NCBI GenBank assembly: GCA_963816395.1
Contig: CAWFKQ010000015.1
Location: forward strand, 1 to 64,000
DNA length: 64,000 bases
Direction: 5' to 3'
Origin: an uncultured delta proteobacterium
Lineage (GTDB): Bacteria; Desulfobacterota; Desulfuromonadia; Desulfuromonadales; JACZKF01
In this document: piece by piece, positions 42,667-52,210 of the stretch
Numbering within the stretch: position 1 is the stretch's first letter
Layout of the letters: each line of letters begins with the position of its first letter
Translations under genes and position numbers: made by a program
Notes under the pieces: generated by a model
What the model was told of the DNA's origin: nothing
Seen by the model: the letters and a program-made list of their open reading frames with translations, nothing else
Databases searched by the model: none

Positions 42667-43155
42667 ATGTTGCCGGTTCTTTTTGACCCAATACGCAATC
42701 TGAGCACCTTTCAGAGGGAAATCGATGACCTTTTCCGTCGCTCCTTCGGTCTGTCCCGGGGTGAGGAAGGTGTGGTTTTCAGCCCCATAGTGAACGCCTA
42801 TACGAAGGGGAATAAATTCTGCATCGAAGCCGAGATCCCGGGCGTCGACCAAAAGGATCTGGACGTCAGCGTGGAAGGCGATATGCTGGTTTTGCGCGGC
42901 GAGCGCAAGGTCAGCAGGGAAACCAAAGAAGAAGACTTCCTGATCCAGGAATCGCAGTACGGTTCCTTTATTCGCCGGCTGACCCTGCCGCAAGGGGTCA
43001 ACCAGGAAAATATCCATGCCACGTATGAAAACGGGATCCTCAAGGTAACCATGCCGGTGAGTGAAAAATCCCTCGCTGGACACAAGATCCAAATCGAAGG
43101 CGCGGGGAAAGAAGTCAAGACGGAGGGTGGACACAAAGCCAAACAGGTCCATTGA
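42667..43155 (+). CDS. Hsp20/alpha-crystallin small heat shock protein
   Basis: AEIPGV, LRGERK, YGSFIRRLTLP, ATYENGILKVTMP; AGGAGG SD. Confidence 0.92.
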   Translation: MLPVLFDPIRNLSTFQREIDDLFRRSFGLSRGEEGVVFSPIVNAYTKGNKFCIEAEIPGVDQKDLDVSVEGDMLVLRGERKVSRETKEEDFLIQESQYGSFIRRLTLPQGVNQENIHATYENGILKVTMPVSEKSLAGHKIQIEGAGKEVKTEGGHKAKQVH

Positions 43156-43181
43156 CCGACTGGTCTATTCCATCCGATCCC

Positions 43182-43208
43182 AAGGGAACGCACCAGCGTT
43201 CCCTTTTT
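43182..43208 (+). terminator. Intrinsic terminator after hsp20
   Basis: aagggaacgc-acca-gcgttccctttt. Confidence 0.75.
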
Positions 43209-43274
43209 GCGTCTTGGCCATGGCCGAGACCCCAGCCGCCGGTGTCCGGTATCCGGATGCCGGCGGCGGCAAGT

Positions 43275-43805
43275 TCAGCCGAAGGTCTCGGTGTATAAAT
43301 GCAGCGCCTGGCGCAGGATCTCCAGAGCTTCTTCCGGCCCCCGAATCCCCTCCACCAGCACCCGCTTGTTCTCCAGCGTCTTGTATTCCTCAAAGAATTT
43401 CTCGATTTCCAGCAGGGTGTAGGGAGGGATCTCGCGGTAGTGGCGGTAGGGGGAGAAGGCCGGGTCGTGGATGCTGACGGCGATGATCTTATCGTCCAGC
43501 CCTTTCTCGTCCTGCATGCGCATGAGGCCGACCGCCCGGGCCTCGACGATGGTCAGGGGGTGGACCGCCTCCAGGCAGAGGACCAGCACGTCCAGCGGAT
43601 CGCCGTCGGGGCTGAAGGTGCGCGGGATGAAGCCGTAGTTGGCCGGGTAGTGCACCGCGCCATGCAGCACCCGGTCCAGGCGCAGCAGGCCGCTCGCCTT
43701 GTCCAGCTCATACTTGTTGCTGCTGCGCCGGGGAATTTCGATCACCGTCGGGAAGAACTCGCCAATGCGCTCTTCCTCCACCGGTATGGCGTGCCAAGGG
43801 TTCAT
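43275..43805 (-). CDS. ppa: Inorganic pyrophosphatase (family I)
   Basis: NKYE, YPANYGFIPRT, DGDPLDVL, DDKII. Confidence 0.93.
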   Translation of the reverse strand: MNPWHAIPVEEERIGEFFPTVIEIPRRSSNKYELDKASGLLRLDRVLHGAVHYPANYGFIPRTFSPDGDPLDVLVLCLEAVHPLTIVEARAVGLMRMQDEKGLDDKIIAVSIHDPAFSPYRHYREIPPYTLLEIEKFFEEYKTLENKRVLVEGIRGPEEALEILRQALHLYTETFG

Positions 43806-43951
43806 GGGGAGAGCATAGCCGCTTGCCGGCCGATGGCAACCGACCGCCACCTTGGCTGTGACCTTGCCGGTCTCCGGTACTGTGCTATAGGACTAGGAGC
43901 AGCCGGCGGCTTCCGCCCGCAAACTTCTTCCCCCGCCCCCAGGAGGTTCGC

Positions 43952-44140
43952 ATGAAGCGTGAAGAGATGATTCCCCTAGGCAGGTTCCGCGAGCAGCTCA
44001 GCCGTTTCCCAGACGATGCCCAGGTCTTTTTCGGTTGTCCGGATGAGGCCAATCCCCTCGAGTTCATCGGCGTCGAGGAGCGGGGGGAAAAGGAGCTGCA
44101 CGTGAAGTTCCGCCTGAATATCTACAAAGGAAGCGACTGA
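43952..44140 (+). CDS. Small hypothetical protein
   Basis: AGGAGG SD, 62 aa, GC3-rich codons. Confidence 0.55.
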   Translation: MKREEMIPLGRFREQLSRFPDDAQVFFGCPDEANPLEFIGVEERGEKELHVKFRLNIYKGSD

Positions 44141-44499
44141 TCTTCCGCCCCCCTTCCCACCTCGATTCATTCCCGCCGCGGGCATTTGCGCAGCCCGCGG
44201 CTATAATCAACTTAAACTGGTTTCACTCGGGCCTGTGGCCCAGCGAAGACCATAAAACCAAAAATCTTTTTCAACACTGGGATGAAGGGGATCGCAAGGG
44301 GAAAGGAAAATTCGCTGAGGATTTGCTTATCCCCTTAGATCCCCTTTATCGCCTGTAAATTGCCTCGACTTGGTTCGAAAGAATTTCATCACTGGAGTCA
44401 AGGGCATAACCAGATCAGACGGAAATCAGCTCCACGCGGGGACTCAGAGTTCTAGCGTCTCTGCGCTTCTACGTTAAAGTACACGTTGAGGATCAGGGC

Positions 44500-45816
44500 A
44501 TGCCGACCCGCATCCTGATCATGGGCGCCGCCGGGCGCGATTTCCACAACTTCAATATCCTCTTTCGCGACAGTCCCGATTTCCAGGTGGTCGCTTTCAC
44601 CGCCGCCCAGATTCCGGCCATCGCCGACCGCATTTACCCGCCGGAACTGGCTGGAGAGCGCTATCCCGCCGGTATCCCGATCCTCCCCGAGGCGCAGCTC
44701 GCCGACCTGGTCCGCCGCCACCGGGTCGAGCAGGTGGTCTTCGCCTACAGCGACATCTCCTATATCGAGCTCATGCGCAAGGGCGCCCTGGTCTCGGCGG
44801 CCGGGGCCGACTTTCTCCTGATCGCCGCTCACCGCACCATGCTCACCTCGCGGCGGCCGGTGGTGGCGGTCTGTGCCGTGCGCACCGGCAGCGGCAAATC
44901 CCAGACCACCCGCCGGGTCTGCGCCCTGCTGCAGGAGATGGGGAAGCAGGTGGCGGTGGTTCGGCACCCGATGCCGTATGGCGACCTGCGTTCCCAGGCG
45001 GTGCAGCGCTTCGCGGCTTTCGAGGATTTCGCCCGGCACGCCTGCACCATCGAGGAACGAGAGGAATACGAGGGGCTGGTCGAGGCGGGAGTCACCGTCT
45101 TCGCCGGGGTCGACTACGCCCGCATCCTGGCGGCGGCGGAGGCGGCGGCCGAGGTGATCGTCTGGGACGGCGGCAATAACGACACCCCCTTCTTCGCTCC
45201 GGACGTGCACATCGTCCTGCTCGACCCGCACCGCCCCGGGCACGAGCGCCTCTACTACCCCGGGGAAACCAACCTGCGGCTGGCCGCTATCGCCGTCATC
45301 AACAAGGTCGATTCCGCCCCGGCCGAGGCCGTGGCCGCCGTGCGCCGCAGCATCGCCGAGGTCGCCCCGCACGCCGAGGTGGTGCTGGCCGAATCGGCGC
45401 TGCGCGTCGAGCACCCCGAGCGCATCGCCGGCAAACGGGTGCTGGTGGTGGAGGACGGGCCGACCCTCACGCACGGCGGCATGCCTTTCGGCGCCGGAAC
45501 GCTCGCCGCCCGCCAGCACGGGGCGGCGGAACTGGCCGACCCGCGGCCGCAGGCCGTCGGGGAAATCGCCGAGGTGTTCCGCCGCTATCCGCACCTGGAG
45601 AATGTTCTGCCGGCCATGGGGTACACCGCCCAGCAGGTCGTCGAACTGGAGGCGACGATCAATCGCACCGACTGCGACCTGGTCCTCTGCGCCACTCCCA
45701 TCGATCTGCCGCGCCTGCTGGCCCTCCGCCACCCGACGCTGCGGGTGCGCTATGAATATCGCGACCACGGCGAGCCGACGCTGGCGGCAGCCCTCCGGCG
45801 GCGGCTGAACCCCTGA
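44500..45816 (+). CDS. Cyclic 2,3-diphosphoglycerate synthase-like P-loop protein, candidate arginine synthetase (ArcE-like)
   Basis: IMGAAGRDFHNFN, RTGSGKS, RHPMPYG, TIEEREEYE, WDGGNND, EDGPTLTHGGM; directly upstream of carbamate kinase. Confidence 0.75.
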   Translation: MPTRILIMGAAGRDFHNFNILFRDSPDFQVVAFTAAQIPAIADRIYPPELAGERYPAGIPILPEAQLADLVRRHRVEQVVFAYSDISYIELMRKGALVSAAGADFLLIAAHRTMLTSRRPVVAVCAVRTGSGKSQTTRRVCALLQEMGKQVAVVRHPMPYGDLRSQAVQRFAAFEDFARHACTIEEREEYEGLVEAGVTVFAGVDYARILAAAEAAAEVIVWDGGNNDTPFFAPDVHIVLLDPHRPGHERLYYPGETNLRLAAIAVINKVDSAPAEAVAAVRRSIAEVAPHAEVVLAESALRVEHPERIAGKRVLVVEDGPTLTHGGMPFGAGTLAARQHGAAELADPRPQAVGEIAEVFRRYPHLENVLPAMGYTAQQVVELEATINRTDCDLVLCATPIDLPRLLALRHPTLRVRYEYRDHGEPTLAAALRRRLNP

Positions 45817-45843
45817 ACCTTGAACCTTGGACCTTGAACCTTG
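45808..45843. repeat. CCTTGAA heptamer tandem repeat
   Basis: gaaccctgaaccttgaaccttggaccttgaaccttga. Confidence 0.8.
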
Positions 45844-46761
45844 ACGAAACAGACCCTTCTCATCGCCCTCGGCGGCAACGCCCTGATCCGTCCCGGCCAG
45901 CAAGGAACGGTGGAGGAACAGTTCGCCAATCTTGCCGTGCCGGTGCGGCAGATCGCCCGCCTGTCGCGGCAGTGGCGCCTGGTCATTACCCATGGCAACG
46001 GTCCGCAGGTGGGGAATCTGCTGCTGCAGCAGGAAGCCTGCCGCGAGGTGCCGCCGCTGCCGCTGGAAGTGCTGGTGGCGCAGACCCAGGGGCAGCTCGG
46101 CTACCTGCTCGAGTCGAGCCTCGACGGCACCCTGGCGGAACTGGGGGAGAGACGCCACCTGGTCAGCCTGATCAGCTACGTGGTGGTCGAACCGGGCGAT
46201 CCCGCCTTTGCCGAGCCGAGCAAGCCGATCGGCCCGGTCCTCGCCGAGGAGGCGGCCAGGGCCGCAGCCTATCCGGTACGCCGCACCGCCCGGGGATGGC
46301 GGCGGGTGGTCGCCTCGCCGGAGCCGGTCACCATCGTCGAGAAGGAGGAGATCCGCCGACTCCTCGCGCTCGATTTCATCGTCATCTGCTGCGGGGGCGG
46401 CGGCATTCCGGTAATTCGCGAGGGACGCGCCTTCCACGGGATCGAGGCGGTGATCGACAAGGATCTGGCGAGCGCCCGCCTGGCGCTGGAGACGGGGGTG
46501 GAGGTCTTCCTCATCGCCACCGATGTGCCGGGGGCGGCCCTGAACTACGGGCGCCCGGCGGAGCGCTTCCTGCGCCGGTTGCCGGTCGCGGAAGCCGAGC
46601 GGCTGCAGGCCGAGGGGCACTTCCCCGCCGGCTCCATGGGGCCGAAGGTGGAAGCGGCGGTGCGCTTCGTGCGCGGCGGCGGGAAGCGGGCCGTCATCTG
46701 CGCCCTGGAGGAGATCGAGAGGGCTATGGCGGGGGAGGCAGGGACGGAGGTCGTGAGCTAA
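45841..46761 (+). CDS. arcC: Carbamate kinase
   Basis: ALGGNAL, THGNGPQVG, KPIGP, RRVVASP, GGGGIP, VIDKD, GSMGPK; TTG start. Confidence 0.93.
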   Translation: MTKQTLLIALGGNALIRPGQQGTVEEQFANLAVPVRQIARLSRQWRLVITHGNGPQVGNLLLQQEACREVPPLPLEVLVAQTQGQLGYLLESSLDGTLAELGERRHLVSLISYVVVEPGDPAFAEPSKPIGPVLAEEAARAAAYPVRRTARGWRRVVASPEPVTIVEKEEIRRLLALDFIVICCGGGGIPVIREGRAFHGIEAVIDKDLASARLALETGVEVFLIATDVPGAALNYGRPAERFLRRLPVAEAERLQAEGHFPAGSMGPKVEAAVRFVRGGGKRAVICALEEIERAMAGEAGTEVVS

Positions 46762-46762
46762 C

Positions 46763-46820
46763 CCGGCTGACGAAAAACGTCCATCTGCGGCGCTGCCCTC
46801 ATCCTTCGTCAACGACGTAC
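46763..46820 (+). repeat. Truncated copy of the ~120-bp MITE-like repeat
   Basis: ggctgacgaaaaacgtccatctgcggcgctgccctcatccttcgtcaacgacgtac, matching the left halves at 50955 and 56084. Confidence 0.85.
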
Positions 46821-46822
46821 TT

Positions 46823-46881
46823 CGTAGGGGCGCATTGCATGCGCCCGTCGACAGAGGGCACGGCGCGCCGTGCCCCTACGG
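46823..46881. repeat. GTAG-type REP doublet
   Basis: cgtaggggcgcattgcatgcgccc...gggcacggcgcgccgtgcccctacg. Confidence 0.8.
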
Positions 46882-46888
46882 AGGCTGC

Positions 46889-48365
46889 ATGCAGGGAAGA
46901 ACATACCCGCGTTTCTGGCGATGGCTTGCCGTCGCCCTGGCCTTTGCCGTCGCGGTTCCCGGCTGCACGGCGCCACGTTATCACGCTGCCGTGCCGCCGC
47001 CGACCCTGGCGGCGCCGATCCCGTCGCGAGCCAGCGAAACCCTGCCCGGAGGCTTTTATTATCAGCCGGCCGGGCTGGCGGACGATTTCCCGGAGGAGAG
47101 CACCACCTTCGAGAGAATCCGGCAGGATTTCGAGGTGGTGCGGGCCACCGGGGCGCCGATATTTCCGCTTCGCCATCGGCTGGGACGGAGTCGAGGTCGC
47201 GCCCGGCGAATACAAGTGGGGTTTCTGGGACGAGTTGGTCCGCCTCGCCTCCGACTACGGCATCACCCTCCTGCCGTATGTCTGCTACACGCCCGCCTGG
47301 CTCAATGCCGACCCGGTGAACTACTGGCGAAACCCGCCGGACGATCTCCAGCGCTTCGGCGCCTTCATGTACGCCATCGCCAGCCGTTACAAGGGGAAGG
47401 TCGCCTCCTGGGAGCTGTGGAACGAGCCCGACAACGACTATTACTGGACGGGCACCGCCGCCCAGTTCGCGGCGATGGTCCGCGAGGGAGCCCGCCAGGT
47501 GCGGCGCGCCGATCCCGGGGCCGTCGTCGTTCTCGGCGGCATGGCCCACGGGCGAAGCCCCTTTCTGGAAGAGCTGCTGCGGGTGCAGCAGCTGGGCCAG
47601 GAGTTCGATGTCATCAACGTTCACGGCTATTTCGAGACGTGGAGCCCGGAGCCGGCGGAAGACTACCCGCAGATGCTGCAGGAGGTCCATGACCTGATCG
47701 CCGAGACCGCTCCGCACCTCGATCTGTGGCTCGCCGAATTCGGCTACAGCGATTACCGCCTCGATTGCGATTCGGCCTCCGAGTGGGTCGACATCCGTTA
47801 TCGCTACGAGCATACCCCGGAGTACCAGGCGGTATCCCTGTGGAAGGACCACGTCCTCGCCGCCGCCTCGGGGGATGTTTCCCTCACCACCTGGTACCGC
47901 ATCCACGACCTGCCCGAGGCGGAAGGGGTGATCGGCGACGAGAACAACAAGCACCTGGGGATCCTGGACGTCAACGGCGACCCGAAACCCGCCTACTACG
48001 CCCTTCGTTTCTACAACCGCATTTTCGATCACCCTTTCCGGGCGGTCGCGGTGGCGGTCGACAGACCGCCGGCATCGCAGAGCGAGGTCCACGTCTTCGA
48101 GGAAAACGACGGCCACTGGATCGTCACCGCCTGGCTGCGCAGCCCGCCCGCAGGGGAAGCGCCCGGCCCCGCCGGCTGGGCGAAGGACCCGCGGGCGGAA
48201 ACGATCTCGATCCGTCTGCCCCTCTCCCGCCCGGCCCGCTGGCAGACCTACCGGGTGAACGGCAAACCGGACCAGGCCGGGATTCTGCCGGCCGGCGGCA
48301 TTCTCGCGGGAATCCGGCTGACCGGCGGGACGGTGTTTATCGCGGAGATTGTGCCGCAAGAGTGA
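46889..48365 (+). CDS. Exported glycoside hydrolase, clan GH-A (GH39/GH5-like) lipoprotein, frameshift near 47160
   Basis: AVAVPGC lipobox-like; WELWNEPD acid/base; LWLAEFG nucleophile. Confidence 0.75.
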
Positions 48366-48682
48366 TCTGGAATATGGCGATTTGACCTTTTCAGCCGCCT
48401 CCGGGTCTTCCCGGCGGCGGCTGATTGTTTTTTCCTGCGGAATGTGCAGCCTTTCCTTCGCGGCCTTTGCCTCGCGGAAGGCTGGCCCTTTTTCGCTGTG
48501 CCCGTTTTTTTTAACGGCCCCGCTGCTGCATCGGCTGGGAGGGGATGGATCCGCAGTGCTGGCAATGCTGAATGCCAGCGATGAGATCGTTGGCGAGCTC
48601 CATTTCAAATAGCCGCCGGAACCCACCTTTCCCGCTCCGGCTTCGACCAGAAGACGCTCTACCCGGTCGGCCTTCCGCCGGT

Positions 48683-48727
48683 TTGACACGCGAAATCGAA
48701 ATTGCTATGGTAATACATGGTCATACA
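48683..48727 (+). promoter_or_regulatory. Promoter/operator of TA module 1
   Basis: TTGACA at 48683; direct repeat atggtaatac/atggtcatac over the -10 region. Confidence 0.55.
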
Positions 48728-48740
48728 GAAGGAGGTCCTT

Positions 48741-48986
48741 ATGCCATCGAGACAGCGAGCCGTCATGACCGTATCCTTGCCTCCGGCCATGGCCGAGGAA
48801 TACCGGCAACTTGCCAGGGAGAAGGGAGAAAGCGCCAGCGAGTTCTTCCGCGAGATCTTCACCTTCTACAAGCAGGAGAAGCTGCAGAAGGAGCTGGTCT
48901 CCCTTCAGGAGTACGGCGAAGGCAAAGCCCGGGAGATGAGGATCACCGAAGAGGAGATCGAGTACCTGGTTTTCGGTGACCGCTAG
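48741..48986 (+). CDS. Ribbon-helix-helix (CopG-like) antitoxin
   Basis: VMTVSLPPAMAEE...SASEFFRE; stop overlaps the toxin start. Confidence 0.75.
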   Translation: MPSRQRAVMTVSLPPAMAEEYRQLAREKGESASEFFREIFTFYKQEKLQKELVSLQEYGEGKAREMRITEEEIEYLVFGDR

Positions 48987-49381
48987 TGCGGCGGGTCGTC
49001 TTTGACACCAACATCTACATTTCCGCCTTCATTACCCCCGGCGGCCGGGGCGAGGCCGCTTACCTGCGGGCCGTGCGGAGTGAAGCGGCACTTTTCACTT
49101 CGGTGCCGATTTTGACCGAACTGGCCCGCAAGCTGCGGGAAAAATTCGGCTGGGATGACGAGCACGTCAAGGCCGCCGTCCGGCATGTGGCTGCTGTAGC
49201 GCGCGTGGTGAAACCCATGGAGCGGCTGGCCGTGCTCGCCGATGAGCCGGATAACCGCATCCTGGAGTGCGCGCGGGAAGCAAGGGCGGAGTTGATCGTT
49301 ACCGGCGACCGGCATCTGCTGGACCTGAGGGAGTATGAGGGGATCGGGATCGTGACTTTGGCGGGGTTTCTGGAGGGGTGA
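48986..49381 (+). CDS. PIN-domain toxin
   Basis: VVFDTNIYIS, DEPDNRILECA, IVTGDRHLL. Confidence 0.88.
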   Translation: MRRVVFDTNIYISAFITPGGRGEAAYLRAVRSEAALFTSVPILTELARKLREKFGWDDEHVKAAVRHVAAVARVVKPMERLAVLADEPDNRILECAREARAELIVTGDRHLLDLREYEGIGIVTLAGFLEG

Positions 49382-49460
49382 GAGCCTGGTAATTGCATCG
49401 GAATGTTCAGATTACCCCAGGCATTGGCCTGCTGCAACAGATTTGGCCGCGGCCCTCTCC

Positions 49461-49508
49461 TTGACACCCCCGCTCCTCGTGTTGTACGTTTTTCAATAAA
49501 CGTATTAC
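49461..49508 (+). promoter_or_regulatory. Promoter/operator of TA module 2
   Basis: TTGACA at 49461; inverted repeat tacgttt...aaacgta. Confidence 0.55.
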
Positions 49509-49523
49509 CCTGGGAGGGAAGCG

Positions 49524-49760
49524 ATGGAAACCAAGACGAAAATTTCGACCAAGGGTCAGGTCGTCATCCCGGCGGAGCTGCGCCGGAAGCACCACCTGGA
49601 GCCGGGAGCGAACGTGCAGATTTTCGAGTATGGCGACCTCATCTGCATCGCCCCGGTCGTCAGGGACCCGATCGAAGCGGCCTATGGCGCGCTTCCCCGG
49701 GAACCGTCGCTGGCCGAAGAGCTGCTGACGGAGCGGAAAAAGAATTCCGCCGGTGAATAA
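49524..49760 (+). CDS. AbrB/MazE-type antitoxin
   Basis: ISTKGQVVIPAELRRK. Confidence 0.88.
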   Translation: METKTKISTKGQVVIPAELRRKHHLEPGANVQIFEYGDLICIAPVVRDPIEAAYGALPREPSLAEELLTERKKNSAGE

Positions 49761-50151
49761 GCTGCTTTTCGACAGCTTTGCTCTGCTGCGTTTTTTTCAG
49801 AAGGAGCCGGGCGGCGAAAAGGTTCGCGATCTGCTCAGGGCCGCCTTTGCCGACCACACCCCCTGCCTGATCAACGCCATCAATATCGGGGAAATCATCT
49901 ATATCATCCAGCACCGTTTCGGCGAGCGGAAAAAGCTGGAGGCTCTCGTCCACCTGCAGCGCCTCGGCCTCGCTGTCCTGCCTTGCCCGAATGAGATTAT
50001 CTTCCGTGCCGCCGAACTGAAGGCCCGGTATCCCATCTCCTATGCCGACGCTTTCGCCCTGGCTTCGGCTATAGAACAGGGTGCCGACCTCGTCACCGGC
50101 GATCCGGAATTCCGCCACGTGGAGCATCTGGTCCGGATAAACTGGATCTGA
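49753..50151 (+). CDS. vapC: VapC PIN toxin
   Basis: FDSFALL, E, ISYADAF, VTGDPEF. Confidence 0.88.
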   Translation: MNKLLFDSFALLRFFQKEPGGEKVRDLLRAAFADHTPCLINAINIGEIIYIIQHRFGERKKLEALVHLQRLGLAVLPCPNEIIFRAAELKARYPISYADAFALASAIEQGADLVTGDPEFRHVEHLVRINWI

Positions 50152-50302
50152 CAGGAATCCCCGAGAGTGCGGATGCGTTTCAGTGCTCCCGCAGCCCCAT
50201 TCCAGGGTGCCCCTTGAATGCCTTCTCGATGCCAACTTGACAGACATTTCATTACTGACTAACATCAGATTGCAAGTAAGGAAAATCAATGGAGGTAAGA
50301 AT

Positions 50303-50548
50303 ATGCTCGCCAAGGTAACGTCCAAGGGGCAGGTGACGATTCCCCAGGCAGTCCGGAAAAAGCTCGGCATCGGCAAGGACGACACCGTCGATTTCATCAT
50401 CGAGAACGACTACGTCCGGCTGGTGCCGGTCAGGACGCTGAAGGATCTCAGGGGGGTGGTCCGGGCAAGAGGAAAAGGTGATTTTACCGAAGAGCGGGCG
50501 AAAGCGAAGAGCGCAACGGCCCGGCGCGTGCGCGAGGAGATGGAATGA
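50303..50548 (+). CDS. AbrB/MazE-type antitoxin
   Basis: VTSKGQVTIPQAVRKKLGI; GGAGG SD; TTGACA at 50237. Confidence 0.88.
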   Translation: MLAKVTSKGQVTIPQAVRKKLGIGKDDTVDFIIENDYVRLVPVRTLKDLRGVVRARGKGDFTEERAKAKSATARRVREEME

Positions 50549-50955
50549 AAGCGTATTTCGTCGACACCAACCTTTTCGTCCGCTATCTCACCAACGACGA
50601 TCCGCAGAAGGCCGACCGGGTGGAGCGTCTGCTGGCCGAAGCCGGAGCGGGGAAGGTGGCGCTCGTCACGGCCGAGATCGTCATGGCCGAGCTGGTTTGG
50701 GTGCTGGAGTCGTGCTATGAGCTGGCGCCGGCGGAGATCGCGCCGCTGATCCGCGGCATTCTGGCGACGCCGGGGCTGGAGGTGATCAACGGCCCGCTGG
50801 TGGAAAGGGCTCTCCTCTATTATGAAGAGCAAAATGTGGATTTCATCGACGGTTACATCGCTGCCGTCATGGAAAAGCGAAGCCTGAACGGTCTTTATTC
50901 ATACGACCGGAAACATGCTGCACGGATTGAAGGGATAGCCCGGATCGAACCTTAG
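50545..50955 (+). CDS. vapC: VapC PIN toxin
   Basis: VDTNLFVRYL, ELVWVL, DFIDG, SYDR. Confidence 0.88.
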   Translation: MKAYFVDTNLFVRYLTNDDPQKADRVERLLAEAGAGKVALVTAEIVMAELVWVLESCYELAPAEIAPLIRGILATPGLEVINGPLVERALLYYEEQNVDFIDGYIAAVMEKRSLNGLYSYDRKHAARIEGIARIEP

Positions 50956-51103
50956 CCGGCTGATGAAAAACGCCCATCTGCGGCGTTGCCCTCATCCCTT
51001 CGTTAACGACGTATCTTCCAGATACGCCTTATTCCTCAGGATTTCAGGCGCCTTGCATCTGGACATTTTTGCTCAGCCTGAAAATCTGAGTTTTCAACAA
51101 CCT
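50955..51103 (+). repeat. ~120-bp MITE-like palindromic repeat with tail
   Basis: ggctgatgaaaaacgcccatctgc...gcatctggacatttttgctcagcc terminal inverted repeats. Confidence 0.9.
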
Positions 51104-52210
51104 TTAAGAGGTTGCTCCTCCCCGCTCCCGCAGCCCCCGTTCCAGGGTGACCACAAAATCCTGGACGTTGGTGAGGATGGCGCGGGCCGTGAGGGTGCCG
51201 CGGTTGGCGAGCTTGCCGACGGCGAATTCGGACATGTCGACCAGGTAGAAATAGACCGGGCGGACCTGGCCGCCGGACACCTGGTAGGAGGGGACAAGGT
51301 TGCCGGTGGCGATGGTGTGCAGCTGGGTGGCCAGGGCGATCACGGTGGTGGCCCGCCGGGTCAGGTCGCGCATGCGGTCCTGGGCTTCGCCGGTGCTGTC
51401 GATCACTTCCGGCAGGGGGCCGTCGTCGCGGATGGAGCCGGCCAGGACGTAGGGGATGCCGCGAGCGAGGACCGCCCGCATCACCCCGTCGCGAATCAGC
51501 CCGGTTTCCACCCCCCGCCGGATGGAGCCGAGGGCGCGGATACGGTTCAGGGTATCCAGGTGATGATAATGACCGAGGGGGGCCGGGCGCTTCGAATAGA
51601 TATCCTGGCCGAGGGCGGTGCCGAACAGGGCGCCCTCGAGATCGTGGGTGGGCAGGGCGTTGCCGGCGAGCAGGCCGTGCACGAAGCCCTGCTCCACCAG
51701 GGCGGCGAAGGCCTGGCGGGAATCGCGGTCGAAAACCGTTGCCGGGCCGGCGACCCAGAGAATGAACCCGTGCTGCCGTTCGAAGCGGAGCAGGTCGTAT
51801 AGCTCGTCATAGTCGATGGAGAAGGAGGTCTCGCGGGTGAACTGGGTGCGGAAGGCGAATTTTTCCCTCTCCCGTTCGGCGCCATCGAAACCGCCGTAAT
51901 GCACGTAGATGCCGTCTTCGCCCTCTTCCCGCCGGCCGCAGGCCACCGCGTCCCCCTCGCGCAGGCGGCGGAACTCCAGCACTTCCAGCTCTTCCCCCCG
52001 CCGCACCACCGCACAGTCCATGCGGCTTTCCCGCGGCAGCCGCCACTCCCCGGGCCGCAGTTGAAAGTATTCGGGGTAGATGGAGGTGGCGTGATACCCC
52101 TCCGGCGCCACTCCGTCCTGCCGCACCGGCACGAAGCGCGCCAGCGGCGCGTCGCGCAGCGGCGGCCGGGAGAAATCGGGGGGATGATAGGCCGGCAGGC
52201 GGAAGGTCAT
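51104..52210 (-). CDS. LOR/SDH-domain protein (TIGR00300-like; candidate ornithine cyclodeaminase)
   Basis: DGVAPEGYHATSIYP, LLAGNAL.THDLE, LAGSIRDDGPLP, LHTIATGN, KLANRG. Confidence 0.75.
   Translation of the reverse strand: MTFRLPAYHPPDFSRPPLRDAPLARFVPVRQDGVAPEGYHATSIYPEYFQLRPGEWRLPRESRMDCAVVRRGEELEVLEFRRLREGDAVACGRREEGEDGIYVHYGGFDGAEREREKFAFRTQFTRETSFSIDYDELYDLLRFERQHGFILWVAGPATVFDRDSRQAFAALVEQGFVHGLLAGNALPTHDLEGALFGTALGQDIYSKRPAPLGHYHHLDTLNRIRALGSIRRGVETGLIRDGVMRAVLARGIPYVLAGSIRDDGPLPEVIDSTGEAQDRMRDLTRRATTVIALATQLHTIATGNLVPSYQVSGGQVRPVYFYLVDMSEFAVGKLANRGTLTARAILTNVQDFVVTLERGLRERGGATS

Noticed and set aside
44452..48689. Long antisense and overlapping ORFs (786 aa, 626 aa and similar ones across the window)
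   Set aside because: Shadow frames typical of high-GC DNA, overlapping well-supported genes
48683..50955. Integron cassette array
   Set aside because: No intI and no convincing RYYYAAC...GTTRRRY attC sites between the modules
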